From positions 558,001 through 622,000 of the forward strand of contig CM030333.1 in assembly GCA_017654855.1 (NCBI GenBank): a stretch of DNA of 64,000 nt, read 5' to 3'. The notes under the pieces were generated by a model. That model made no database searches and was not told the DNA's origin. It worked only from the letters and a program-made list of their open reading frames with translations. Of this stretch, positions 13,362 to 26,746 are shown in pieces. How positions within the stretch are numbered: the first letter of the stretch is position 1; each line of letters opens with the position of its first letter. The position numbers and the translations under genes are program-made. Origin of the DNA: Podospora anserina. Taxonomy: Eukaryota.

Positions 13362-16256
13362 CTACTCCGGCAAAGAAGCAGCAACCAACTTCAACATCTC
13401 CTCCGTACCCTTCCCCGCATTCTTCGGCATCTTGGCCACCCGCTGCCAATACTCCCCATGTCTCGGCTCCGCCAAAACACACCTGCTCACCAACCCAACC
13501 CTCTTCTCTTCCGTCCCATGCTGCAGCAAAAACTTGTAATACCACGCCCACGTATCCCCATGGTCCGTGTCCAGCTTCAGCGCTCTCTCAAACCATTTAT
13601 CCGCCTGCTCGAGTTTCCTCTCTTTCCAGAGGATATACGCCGCCGTCACCATCAGCACCGGGTCGTTCTCCACTTTCTTCATCGCCTCCGCCAGCAGCGA
13701 TTTGCGCTGGGTTCGCTGTTCCAGGTGAAGAATCCTCTCCGCCCAGAGGAGACCGCTCTTGGGCATCTGCTGCAGGGCAGTAGCCATGAGGGTCTTGGCC
13801 TGAGTGATGTTACCAGCGCGACGCTCAAGACGGATGAGCTCAGTCCACAGCTCCGCCGATTTGGGAACTGCCTGCCTTGCTCTGTCGAGGACGGAACGGG
13901 CCTTGACCACGTTGTTGAGGCGCTCCTCCAGACGGGAGTACAAAAGCCACAAGGGGACCGACGAAGGAACGGCGCGGACACCGGCACCATATGCCTCCCT
14001 TGCCTGCGCCGGCTGGTCCATGTCCTCGTAAATCTGCCCCTTCATCATCCAAAGCTTTGGAGCATTAGGGAAGAGGCGGAGGGCGTCAATGACGAGGTCA
14101 AGGGCGGCTTCGCTGTTGCCTAGCTGGCGCTCAAAGGCCACGGAACGCATCCAGACACGATCGGTAGGGGCGTTTTGCCGGGCAGTCTTGAGCAGGTCGC
14201 GGGCTTGATCGATAAAGCCGTTGTCAGCCTCAAGCTTGACAGCCGCAAGCCAGATGTCCTCGTTATCGGGGTTTTGCTTGAAGGCACGGGCCAGAACGCG
14301 ACGAGCCTCGTTAATCTCGCCTGCCTTTTCGCGGGCCAGCATGAGCCAGAAGGTCTCTTGGTGAGGGCAGGCCTCGACGGCTTTTTCAAGCGCGTTCCAG
14401 AGGTCCTCCTTGTTGCCGTGCTCTCTCTCCAGGTCAACGGCGGCGAGGTAAAGGCTCTTGCTGTTGGGGAAGACACGAAGAGCATAGGCGTATATCGCCC
14501 GGGCGGTGGCGTACTTTTCGCGGCTGATACTGGCTTTGGCATCTTCCATCCAGAGCTCCTTGCGGTCGTCGTCCTCGTCCAACCCCCAGCCGAGGGTCTC
14601 TTCGATGATATTGCTGCAGGTGATGACCGCGCCTTCTTCCTCGCACTTTTCAGCCTCAGCAATCCATTCTTCACGCTTGGGCATGGCGTTTTGCTTGGCC
14701 AAGAACTTAACGGCGTTCTTCATGACTGGTCGTCTTGCACCCTCACCAAGCTGCTCCTCCAGGCGAGCGGCCGCAATCCACAGCTCGTGGGAGTTGGTGA
14801 GCTTCTTGACGGCCTTGTTGAGCACCTTGCGAGCATTCTCCGGGGTCTCTAAATGTGCCAGTCTCAGCCACAAGTCGAGTGATTCGGGGATAAGCTCAGT
14901 GGCCTTGGCTAGCAAAATGCGGGCATCTTCCACATCTTCTTCCAGGTTCACCGCATGAATCCATAAAGCCTCGGATTGTGGGTTATGATCCAGCGCCTTT
15001 CGGATCACCTTCTTCCGTGATCTTTGGTCATTCTCCAGTTTCATGGCCGCCACCCAGAGCTTCACCGACTTTGGGTTGTTGCGGATAGCTTCAGCCGCAA
15101 TAATCTTGGCATTGTGAGTGTCGTTGATGTTGATATTCTCAAGCCAGATATCCTCATTCTTGGGGCAATGCTGGCACCCAGCCGCAATCAACTTGCGGGC
15201 GGCACCCGGTTTCCCTGCTGTCATCTCCAATCTTGCCGCAGCCATCCAACTGGACGCCTGTTTGGGGTTTGAGTCTACAGCAGACTTCAACATCTTTCTG
15301 AACTGCTCAATATCACCGATACTCTGCTCTGCACCTTGGGTGCTGGCTAGTGAGGTCAAGTAACCCCTCGGATCCAGACTCGTGGCGCTACCTGCCGTAG
15401 CAAGCCCGCTGGTTTGCGATGTCTGCTCAAGTCTTGCCTTCAACACCTTGTCGCGGGCGGCACCGATCTTTGCAAAATCCGTCGTCGTTTCGGTTCCTCC
15501 GGGAATAGCGCTGGTAGCAGTCCCATCGTCCGCAACTGTCGTGCCAAACTGACCCTGGTCTCTCGCAGCAGCTAGCACGCTGTCGGGCACAGCATAGAAT
15601 CTCTCCATCCTCGCTTGTCGTGCCCTCTTGGTCTTGCCGGTGGCATCCTTTGCCTCGGGTATGTTCGCCCAATCTTCGTCGGTGAGCTCGGCCAATTTTC
15701 TCTTGAGCCCGGCAAACTGCTGCTGAATCTTTGGGTTCTGTCGCTCGTATTCTTCTCGTTCGGCTTTTTCTCGTGCTTCCCTGTTCGCAAAAAGTAGACC
15801 GTTGGTATTTCGTTCTCCATTCATCTAAGGGTATAAGACGATAAACCGAGTGCTTTTGGGTGTACGTGTGGGAAGGAAAGCGCTGGGTTAGACTTGAAAA
15901 GGGGAGAGTACTAACCTTTGCTTTCTCCTCCTGTTTGCCATCTTCTCGTCTATATCTTCCCAGATCTTGTCTGCCTCTTCATCCTCCTTATCATAGAAAC
16001 CGCCGGCAAACAGGCCAACCTCGTTGTCTGGATCCTGATATCGAGCGGCGTCATCGGTGTCATCATCTTTCGCATTGTCGCCGCCGAGTCCCAATTGCGC
16101 TGTCCTCTTTGCGACGGCAGCCTTGATTTGGTCTTCGCTGGGACCTTCTCGCGCCGGACCCAAGTCAGATCTGGTGGTAAAGCCAGTGGCACCACGCCCG
16201 AGACCAGCGACGTAGTTCTCGGGCGCAGGCATGCTAAGGAAGTCCCTCCGTGACAT
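13362..16256 (-). CDS. PRP6: Pre-mRNA splicing factor Prp6 (Prp1/Zer1), U5 snRNP HAT/TPR protein, ~919 aa
   Basis: N-terminal PAPENYVAGLGRGATGFTTRSDLGPA, many HAT repeats, C-terminal EPRHGEYW. Intron 15781-15915. Confidence 0.95.
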
Positions 16257-17630
16257 TGTGGTGGCTGTTTATCGATCGCGATGTGGATGATGATGTCGTG
16301 TTCTATGACGAATCTTTATTCATGCGCCTGCAATGGTTGGCGGTCACCGTGGCCGGGGGAGCGAATCAATGGTGGTGAACTGGTAACTTTTTGTTGCATG
16401 GATTATCAGTTGTCGCGCCAGGCACGAGCGAGCTTCGAGAAGTCAAGCAATGCTGCACGCCAAGCTTTGAAGGAAAATAAGTGGGACATGCATCTGGCTT
16501 TGTTAGGGTGAGGACTAGGGTTAGGGTTCGGTCTCTAGCCGCATCATTCAAAGTTTTGGACAACTCTTGTATAAGGTGTTGAAATCATTAACATAAATTC
16601 GTAGAATTTTGGAAACTGATAGGCTGGAACGATCCTCTATCACAAGGTCAGTTAAACCTGTCCCGTGTGAGAAAGAGTGTTCCTACAACTTCAAGATGCT
16701 GATTATGTAACCGAGGCAGCCCAGCCTTCTGTGTCCTTGTACACATAAGCCAAGATGCGAGTAAGACTCCAACTAATGCAGTTGGGCATATCCTGTTGCT
16801 ATGGCTTGGCTGAGGAATCTGGATGCTGCCTAGGATTAGTCTGGGAGGCCGCGTCATAAAGCTTTGGGGCTGGCAAAAGAAGTTTACGAGGTGTAAGTGA
16901 GCTAATGGTAAGGCACTTGCTGGGCAGACTCTTGAGACTCGGCTTCCAGATCTTACTGTCAAGTTTGACACTTGGAAATACATATGAAATAGGAGCAGGA
17001 AATATACAACTCGTGGACATCATGGTCCCATGCACCAACGGCCGCCTTCGTGACTCCGAACCCGAGGAAGCCGTTTTAAAACCGCGGGGGTTGGCCCATG
17101 GTGGTTGCTGTTATACTATAGGGCTGACGGGTGCGCGCTTAGGGGGGGAGCAAAAGGGTGGGTTAGGGGTGGCTGGCAGCTGAGCGGGCATTGGACAATT
17201 GACGGGAGAACCTGGGCAAAAGACACAGCCGCAATGTCTACCAAAAAAAACAACAGCCACATGCCCCCATCTGCCCCCCCATCTGTCTCCAGTTGTCCCC
17301 GTCATAGTTAATTACCTTATTAGCGGCGCTCTCCCTAGCCGACTTGTACGGATTTACTTTTGGAAGCTCAAAACATCTCGACGTCGATTACAACTCCTCG
17401 CGCAAGCGCCCCCTACCCAAAAACTCGTTCTGTGTCGCTTGCCTGGCGGGCCTTCTTTAGCGGGGCATCGGATCGGTCAATGAGACATCACCCCGTCGCC
17501 GCATGAACCTCTGTGACGTCGGCACTCCACGAACACCACCAGAGTTGAACCTCGACCAACCTTCGGACGAAGCCGTGTAATCACCCAGACTAGCACTAGC
17601 CGACGGGCAAAGCGCACTTGAGCGCACACC

Positions 17631-20600
17631 ATGGCAGGCATTGAGCAATTGGAAATCCACAGCAAGGTATGTCCGTTCTGCCTACTGCATTTGTCAGAGT
17701 TGCCGCTCCTCACGGACCTGACGCGCCTTGCACTAGCTATTCCATATATGCTGACAGTTTGTCTTGTATCGCGAAATAGGCCTACATTGTACGATGGGTC
17801 AAAGTAGATGTTGGCCACACCATCTCCTGGAGCGTGCAACCTCACAAGAAGTCCATGTAATACCTCAGCCCAATGATGCCCCAATTGTCAGCCTGAGCCT
17901 TATGCTGATCCAATCTTTTCACCTAGTAACTTTGGCATTGTTAAGCACCCCGGGACCGGCGAAACGAATCTGACCTCCTTGGCCGACGATGCAGGGCTTG
18001 CCGATCAACACACCGAATGCGTCGCCGAGTCGAAACCCGGTCTCTTTGCGAAAAGGGATGCTAGTACCGCCCAAGATCAGCTCGCCAAAAAGGGCTTTAT
18101 ACCGATACACTGGCATGGAAAATGCGAAGCAGACAAGGTCTCGGTCGGCACCTACGATGTTACACAGGCTGGCATGTTTGGCCTAGTTTTTGACAATACC
18201 TTCTCGAAGCAAACATCCAAGACGGCGACATTCGTCCTTCTAACATATCCGACCGGCGCCCCTCCTCAGACTGCACGAAATCTACCCAATCTACAGGCGG
18301 GACCTCTTGCCAGCGCGAGTAGGACGAGCTTGGGCAAGCATGGCAGCCCCCGGCTCGGTGCTGCTGCCTCGGAATCCGTCGACAGTCTACCCAGCCACAC
18401 CCGAGGACGCGCATTGTCCACAGCTACCGCTGCCGGTAAGAGTGAGAGCGGCGTGTCTAGCTCCTACCATGTTGGCGTCCTGCTCAAGAGGAGGCGCAAG
18501 AAGGGGCAGGGCTACGCCAAGCGTTTCTTCTCTCTGGACTATACGACTTGTACTCTGTCTTACTATCATAACCGCAACTCCTCGGCTCTTAGGGGGGCTA
18601 TTCCGCTTAGCTTGGCTGCGGTCGCAGCGGACGAGAGGAGACGCGAGATTACCATTGACTCTGGAGCTGAGGTATGGCACTTGAAAGCATCGAATGCCAA
18701 GGAATTCAGCGATTGGGCACGGGCGCTGGAACGGGCAAGCAAGATTGCTCGGGGGGTGGAATTGCCTGCCACTCAACCAGTGTCCTCGGAAAGTCAGGGG
18801 GGAGTTGCACCGGCACCTCATATCACCATTCCGAACAGCGCGCAAGACGAGGAGAGGGAGTGGAGGCAAGTTGAATCTCTGGTCAGCAGGATGGTAGGCA
18901 CCAGAGATGCTCTCCGCCGCCTGGTAAAGGATATGGCTGTCGAAAAGCAGCCACTTAGCGGCCATGGATACCTTTCTCCAAGCACTCCTACACTTCCAGA
19001 GGAGACCGAGGGTTATTTCGGCCCGCCGACAACCGCATCAGCAGCAGATAAAAAGTCTTTCTGGAAGCGCAAGGCTAGCGGCGCCGCGTCTCCTCTCACC
19101 CCCCAGTCTTTCCAGACAGCTGCCAGTTCCTCGTTGACAATACCAGCATCGGGCCATAGCACCCCAACACAAAATGGGTTCAAGAAACAATATGGTGCTC
19201 TCCAGCAGGAAGGGCCAAATACTCTGGAGAATTGCACCGCGCTGTTGAGCGATCTGGATTCAGTCGTGATGGAGTTCTCGACTCTTCTCGCCACCAGCAA
19301 ACGGCGACGGTTGCCTGCACAATTATCTGCTCAGCCAAGAGCAAGCATTGAGTCGTCCACTTCAACGGTCGACGAGTTCTTTGATGCTGAAGGCGGTGAT
19401 GCGGATAGGTCGACAAACCAGCTGATGATCATCGAGCACCATAGTGAGGATGATACCCAGGCATCAGATGTTGAGGAATCGATCCACGAGTCCTCGTCTG
19501 TCTCTTCGATTGAAGATGAAGACGACTATGCTCAGAACGCAGAGGGTGGTGCCAACCTGTTCCCACCAAAGCCGAAATCATTGATCCCCCTTCCAATCAC
19601 GGAACCAGTCACCAGACGCAAGACGATCCCGCCAGCCAAGGTAGCGCCCCCAAGTTTGATCGCGTTCGTCCGCAAGAACGTCGGCAAGGATCTTAGCACG
19701 ATCAGCATGCCTGTTTCTGCCAACGAGCCGACGTCGTTGCTCCACCGCGTTTCTGAACAGCTCGAGTACGCTCAGCTTTTGGATGCGGCGGCTAAGCATC
19801 CTGACCCCAAGGACAGGTTGTTGTACATGACTGCATTTGCGATCTCTGGGTTCAGCAACACCAGGGCAAAGGAGAGGTCGATTCGCAAGCCCTTTAACCC
19901 ACTCCTTGGTGAAACCTTTGAGCTTGTCCGTTCCGAGGCAGAAGTGCCTGGTGGTTTCAGGCTTCTTGTCGAGAAGGTCACTCATCGTCCTGTCCGGTTG
20001 GCTATGCAAGCTGATAGTGCGCTGTGGTCTTTCTCTCAGTTCCCGGCTCCGTCCCAGAAGTTTTGGGGTAAATCTGCCGAGATTACCACTGAAGGCCGGG
20101 TAAGGGTTAGCTTGCGTTTGCCAGACGGCACAGACGAGCACTACAGCTGGACCATTGCCACTGTTTTCTTGCGCAACGTGGTCATGGGTGAGAAGTACGT
20201 CGAGCCGGTTGGGAGCATGAACGTGAACAATGATACGACCGGGGCCAAGGCTGTCATCGAGTTTGTAGCAAAGGGTGTTTTCGGCGGCAGGGGAGAAGAG
20301 GTCAAGGTGGAGACGTACGGCCCCAACGGCAGCAAATTGGGTGCTGGGTTGGCGGGCACTTGGACCAACGGACTGAAAGTCGTGCCGGGAAACAAGGAAA
20401 TCTGGAAGCCGGGGCAGTTGGTCGAGAATGCGGTGAATACCTATGGTATGACTACCTTTGCCGCCAGTCTGAACGAGATCACGCCGATTGAAAAGGGGAA
20501 GCTGCCGCCTACGGATACGAGGTTGAGGCCTGATCAGAGGTTTGCGGAGCAAGGGGATTTGGACCAGGCGGAGGAGTGGAAGGTGAAGCTGGAGGAGGCG

Positions 20601-20789
20601 CAGAGGGTGAGGAGACGGGTGTTGGAGGAGAGTGGGGAGGAGTATAAGCCCAAGTGGTTCGTCAAGGTTGCCGGGGGGGAGGGCCAAGCGGGGGAGGAGG
20701 TGTGGAAGTTGAAGGGAGGGAAGGACGGGTATTGGGAGGAGAGGGCTAGGGGGAAGTGGGAGGGGGTGGTGGATATTTTTGCTGGGTAG
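17631..20789 (+). CDS. OSH3: Oxysterol-binding protein homolog with GOLD, PH and ORD domains (Osh3-like), ~991 aa
   Basis: Exons joined across introns 17667-17779 and 17857-17926. PH domain (LLKRRRKKGQGYAKRFF), FFAT-like DEFFDAE, ORD motifs KPFNPLLGETFE, EKVTHRP and LPPTDTRLRPDQ. Confidence 0.9.
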
Positions 20790-23248
20790 TTTTTTTTTTC
20801 TTTGAGGAGACAAACTGAAGTGGGTTTTGGATGATGGGGATACCGAATAGACTTTTGGGTGGGGTTTTTGTGGTAGGATTTCTCTCTTCTCTGTACTCTT
20901 AGCAGGCAGGTGTTTATGTGTCAATTCAAGGAAGTATTGAATGTTCAAAACCAAGTCCGCGCAGCGTGGAGGAACAGGTTTCTTTTGGGGGTTAGGGTTG
21001 TAGGTAGCTCCTGGATCTATCGCCATTCGCATTTTCAGCACCTCGCAAAGCTAGAATCATGGATTGCTCATAAGGTATGACGGTTAGCACATTTATGACT
21101 GTCTCCGATGGAAAAGTTGGTTTTGGGATCTAGTACGTCCATACAAGGAATTTTGTCGGTGTTGGTTGTATCTAAGTATAGTTGGTCCTACGTGGACAAT
21201 TGAATACCTACCTTTCCAGGTTGTAGCCGTCCTCACCTTCAAAGATTCAATCATAGCAAACATTAGCCTTTTAACATGATCAAGTTTTGTTTTGATATCC
21301 GTCTCGGCGAAATCGATATCCTCTCAAAATCCGGTATGAGAATACATCTTGGCTACCTACATCTCCCCTCATTGGCGAACCCGAACCCCCTCAGTTAGGT
21401 AGCTCCTCTTTTCCCATCCGGCCACTCACCCCTCAAGTAAATAATTCCGCGGCCTCGTGATTCGATCCTCCCCCCCATCCATCCACCATACCTATTGACC
21501 CTCAAACTTCCCATGTCTGTCTGTCTGGGTGGTAGTCTGGCACGTGGCCAGTCTCTCATGTAAGGCAAGTGCATGGTACTTCATCACATCACATTCCCTT
21601 CTCCCACCCCCCCCCCACACACACATACAATGTACAACCCACGACACTCTCCTAAACTCAACAACGAAAAAGCATGGGGGTTAGTCTTACTTTCTTTTCT
21701 TTTTCTTTCCTTACTGACGACATGAGGCTATAAAGAATCCTTTGTGTGTGGGGGTTGCCATGCAGAAGGGATGTTGATATGCATGGGCTCTGGAATAGGT
21801 AGAGAGTCGACAAGCTTTGTTGATGTTGGTTGTTTCCTGCTCTGCTACCTACTGACGGGAGTTATAATACAGATACCACGTATATAACCCACATTGTATC
21901 CCACCACTTCTTATCTTTTGCCCACCTCGAGAGAGCACGCCTATACGAGCGAGCCACCCCCACCCCGCGGTCTTTCTCACGTTGTCACATGTTCGCTATG
22001 TGTATGTTGAATGGCTCCATTCAAAGATCGAGTGTAAATTCTTCCACAAATGTTGAAGCGTGGGAAATGTATACAGGATAGTTGGCGATGAAATCAACGT
22101 CGAGTTATCCCAGAGGTGGTGGTGTAAGTCAGTAGTCAAAAGAAAATGGACGATTCAAAGCACCCATTTCCTTCCTTTCAAACTTTTGTGTGCTCCTTGG
22201 GCTTGGGGGGCTGTTCCAAAATTCCATTTCCCCTTTTCGGCCGGACCCATCTCTGAGCTCGTGTTGTATGGCCAGCCAAGTAGCGTAAAGCCGGGCAATG
22301 GTTGCACCAGCCCTCACAAGGCTCCTGACCCTAGTTCGTCCACTGATCTGATCTTAACGGCTCGGTATATTATATTGAAAGCAAAATGCAGCTCTCCACC
22401 CCCATCTGTACCCCTCAGATGCTTCTCGACGAGGCCTCATATCGTCCCCTCAAGTCATCAATAGCTTCGTTTGAGATGCACACACCTCTCCGCATCCTGC
22501 ATTAGACGACCGATCTTGCCATTTTTCAACCCGAGGGGAATGTACAACAGCAGTCCGAGACAGGATTAACTGTGGGGGCCCTTCATTCTTGGTCATAGAT
22601 GGCGGGAGCAGTCCGAGGAACGCGCGCAGAAAATCGCACTTTGCTCGCTTGTGGACAATGGCTCCATGCAAATACTGCATCTCACGAGGGGGCCGCAGAC
22701 GCAGGAAGCCATCCAGATGCTCTGCAACCATAACAAATATGGCTCAACGTGCCAGAGCCTAACAAGTCGGGCAACGGCACCCCTCCAACCCGCATGCTGA
22801 AATTGGGGTCGTCTCGCACAATGGAACGGCGGGTTCTGTCTCCATGCACATTCCTTCAGAGCCTCGTCTACCATGTGGTCGTCCAGCTGAGATGTGCTTC
22901 TCAGGTAGGTATATGATGGAGAAGGATGGCGAGTGGCACAAAAGCTGTCGAACCTTTCTGTATATAAACATATTACTTGATGATTAGCTGAAGCCGGGAC
23001 GTGATCCTTGCCCTCATCCCGTCCCCTTTCCGTTTCCCCCCTTTTCCTATTTCACTGCACTTCACTCCAGCACCCTCAGATGGGCAATAGAAACGCATCC
23101 AGTGCAGATTTGTTGCACCTGCAACCACATTCACATGCAGGCGACGTGTCTCTGCATCTAAATTGCATCCATGATACCAGTTTGAAACCTTTTGGGCCAA
23201 TTGAGTGCTTGCTCAGGGATGATCCGCGTAATGTCTGTCAATCTCCAA

Positions 23249-25314
23249 CTATCGAGCGAAGTGGAAACCTGAGCCAAGTTGATGATACAATGCAGGTTCA
23301 ACTTTTTTCCAGCGGCTATCCTGGTTGGTCTCCGAAGATGATGTCGAGTCTGTGCTGCCGGCACGTAGAAATGGACTCGGCGACTTGCTAGGGTAGCTCC
23401 AGGTGAACTCCTTGCCTTTTCCTTTCTCCTGGAAGGGTATTATCCCCGAGTCAGAGACGTCACTGTGCCCTTCCATGATGTGTTGAACAGGTGGTACGCT
23501 CAGAGAGGGCCGATAGTCGGAATAGGACAATGTCCCATCCAGGTGAATAGAAGGGTCCCAAGAGACAAACACCAGGGCATTGAGGCCTCCGGGGGAATCT
23601 CCACCTGTGGAATAGACCAAGGAGCGTTCATCCCATGCCCCTCGAATGTTGCCGGTAAAGCCATCCGGATTCAGTACGGCGTACAAATCGAGGAGCACAG
23701 GATCTGGATTGGAAATGTCTGGCTCGGCAGGCCAGGAAACAACATCTTTGTGCCTGTAAAGATCATTTACTTCCTGGTCAAGTGCATCTTGGGCGCTGTA
23801 GTCTTGTGCTACGGGCGAAATTTGCCGTTCGTCCCGCTGCCCCAGGCTAGAGGTACCCCTGGGCCGTCGTGAACTGCCTCGGAAGCGGATTCGTTGATCA
23901 TTAGGATCCGTGGAGGTGGGGTCGTCCACCACGTCCAAAAATGTTTGACATGCTGAATAATAGCAGCGAATAGGGCTCTTGCTGATCGCGAACATCAGAG
24001 ACGAGGCGTTGTCGTCCCCCGGATGTACAAAATGGGGATCTCGTGATGGTGGTGCCGTGTACTCGGTGTGCTGCAGTTTGGGATTCATGGTCTCCGGTAA
24101 TGCTGCACTAGGGCTCCCAGATGATGAGGCTCGGCCATTTGTTGCTCGAGCGACGTCGGAAGTGGCCTCGTCGAAGTTTACCACAGTGGTGTAGTAAGTG
24201 CGTCTAGGCCAGATGCGCCCTGCAAGCCACTCTTTCCTAGACTCAACCACCTTGAGCTGGCCTGTTGACTCGTCCTTGAACATGCGAAGGAGGTACCACC
24301 TGTCATCGATCACACCCTCATGTTGATTCCTTCTAAAGATTGGTGGGTTCGGTGACTCCCATTTTTGAAGGCCCTCTCTTGTGACCGGGAACCTGAAGCA
24401 GGTATAATGTGAGATCCAATCAACCTCTTCCACCTCCAGAGCGGCTTGGTTTGAGATGCCGTAGAACCAGCCATCAAAGATCTCAAAACAAACTGTCGAG
24501 CCCACATCCACACCCATGACATCCTGTATCTCGAGTTTGTCACTCAGCCATCTGCGAGCACTCAAGTCGAAACCCCAGACGACCCAGTACCGGTACAGGT
24601 CCCTGCCGATCTCGGAATTGGTGCCATAGTAAAGAAAGTTGTTGTCGTTGCGTACGAAAATCTTGGTAGTCGATGCGACTTGGCGGACGGTAACCACCTG
24701 GCCAGTACACACGTTGAAGGCCAGAAGCCAGCTGACTTGCTCTTGGTTTGGCTTGGCGTGTGTGTACAAGCAAGAAACAATATCGTGGGCGTAGTGCAGT
24801 ACCCGGACCTTGTACCTGCGGGTCATTCTAGACTCGGGAAGGGCCACGTGGAGAAGGGAGCGGATATTGATGACGGTCTCCTGTGTTGCTGAACCGTGAA
24901 GATCCAGGATCCGAATCTCACGCTTGCGAATATAGCACAGTATGCCATTCTCGTAAAGCCATGTTTCCGCGTGGGCGACGACTCTCACAAGATAGGGAGA
25001 CACGGACGAAGTGGCAGCTTGGCGCTTGATCAGCCTCCGCAGCTGTTGGGGCCAACGCTGAGTGAGTCTTGCGCTGCTTGCCTCCAAGCTGTAGGGGGCC
25101 TTTGTCTACGCCACCGTCAGCGTCATCTTTTCCGTGTTTTTTCTCCAATCACGACAATACAAGTACTCACCTCAAGGATTCGCTTGGCAATGCAGTATTC
25201 CAGGGTCAAATACTGCATCCGCTTGCAGGTGAGACTGAGATTGCCGACGTCGAGCAAATCCAGATACTCAATAATAAATGAGACCAGCTCGTATGGAAGC
25301 TTGACCAGCGACAT
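23249..25314 (-). CDS. F-box domain protein, ~666 aa
   Basis: Exon 1 MSLVKLPYELVSFIIEYLDLLDVGNLSLTCKRM is an F-box motif. Intron 25106-25170 (GTGAGT...GCTGAC...TAG) joins it in frame to the 612-aa ORF. Confidence 0.8.
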
Positions 25315-25901
25315 CACCTTGGACCTTGATGTGGAAGATTGCCGTCAACCATCGAAAAAGCTCCATGGACCGGAGACAGTGGTGGTGAGGACAGACAGGT
25401 CCGGAAGACGAGACGTGGCAGAGAGCAACCAGGAAGGAGTGAAGGTGCGGATCTTGGGATTCAAAGCATTGTGACTGCTGCTGAGTGTCAGAACCAAAGG
25501 CAAGAACTGGGCAGTCGCTTCCATTTATAAGGGAGACCTGCCCTTAAGAAACCAGGAACGGAAAGTAGGTACCTCGATAGGTGAGGTAAGTATGTACCTA
25601 CTTACCTTTGCTTCTCAGCCCAGGCGAGGCTGGGAAACACCGTCTGCCATTAGCTGGAGCTCTTGCAGTTGGAGCACACAGGCCCCCCGCTCACTCAACG
25701 AGACTGCATGGATATCCACTTCCGGAAAATCTTCTTGGGTTGTCGTCTTGCAGTTTATTCGCTGAGTAAAAGGTGCAAATTTCAAGTTCCCATCAATAAC
25801 GAGTCTCGAAGTGAAGATCCCCTGAGGGAGATGGAGGTGGTTTCGGAATGTGGAATGGCAAGAGACACCGCACTCGGCAGAGGGCACCCACCCTTGTTGA
25901 T

Positions 25902-26746
25902 GCGTGATGCGGCTCTGCTCATGCCCTGAGCCACGGATCAACCACAAACACCTAGTCTGGCTGGAAGCGGCGCTATCGCTCTTGATGCCACATGCCCCCC
26001 TTCCCATCCATGTATACCCCCGAAGGACCTAGGTTGCATCCCAAACCCCTGTCTAGCCGCCCATGATACCAGCCAAAATATGACCACCATTGTGAGTGGC
26101 ACATTGATACCTAGGTACTTAACAGAGCCGCATCCTCTCTGTTTGTCTCGCTAATTTCTTAATGTTTTTGTGACATCAACCTCCTTGTTTGGTGCTCCCT
26201 CCAGAGTTGCAAAGATTGGCCAATTAAAAATGGCGGAGCTGACCTTTAATGTGGGGTACATTCAGTTGAGCCTCCTTTTTCAAGATTCTGACTGGCCCCC
26301 CCACAATCATGCTCCGTTAAGCTTCAGTCTTCTGAACTTCAACGCTTCAACATCACAACATTTACAACAGAACCCCCACCAACTACCGATAACACAGTGT
26401 GTTTCCTCCGTATCCGTTCCTCAATACCAAGGACCATTGTTTGCCCAGACTATTTATCACATTTCTTGCGTTGGATCGTCATGTTGGCGGTATACATATA
26501 CCTGCAAGCTTACCTACTTAGGTACAAGCCAAGCGTGATGAGGCTCTGCTCTCACATTTCAAATTCTTGGTGCCGTCCATTGAGAAACCGTTTCAACAAC
26601 CTTCCTTTTGTGCGTCATGGGCTTTGATTCGTCGGTTAAAGGTTGATGCAAGCTCTTTTACCCCGCTTACTTTACTGTCCTTGTGAGCATTAATTCTTGC
26701 TCAAAACTGGGCGCTGTCTTACCTCCCCTCCTGATGAGGCTCTGCT
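25902..26746. repeat. Four dispersed copies of GATG(A/C)GGCTCTG
   Basis: 25902-25920 (+), 26123-26134 (-), 26533-26551 (+), 26732-26746 (+). Copies 1 and 3 match at 18 of 19 nt. Confidence 0.7.

Noticed and set aside
16503-16527. Telomere-like TTAGGG copies; possible telomerase RNA template
   Set aside because: Only about three imperfect units. A template-sense transcript would run into PRP6 within ~250 nt, far too short for a filamentous-fungal telomerase RNA.
19578-21041. 487-aa antisense ORF over OSH3, and similar antisense ORFs over PRP6, RRP7, CDT1 and the FUSC gene
   Set aside because: Low-complexity L/P/H-rich translations are the expected shadow of biased codon usage on the coding strand.
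25583-25606. AGGTAAGTA...TACTTACCT inverted repeat resembling the U1 snRNA 5' end
   Set aside because: No U1 stem-loops or Sm site follow. AGGTA/TACCT words recur in many intergenic regions of this window.
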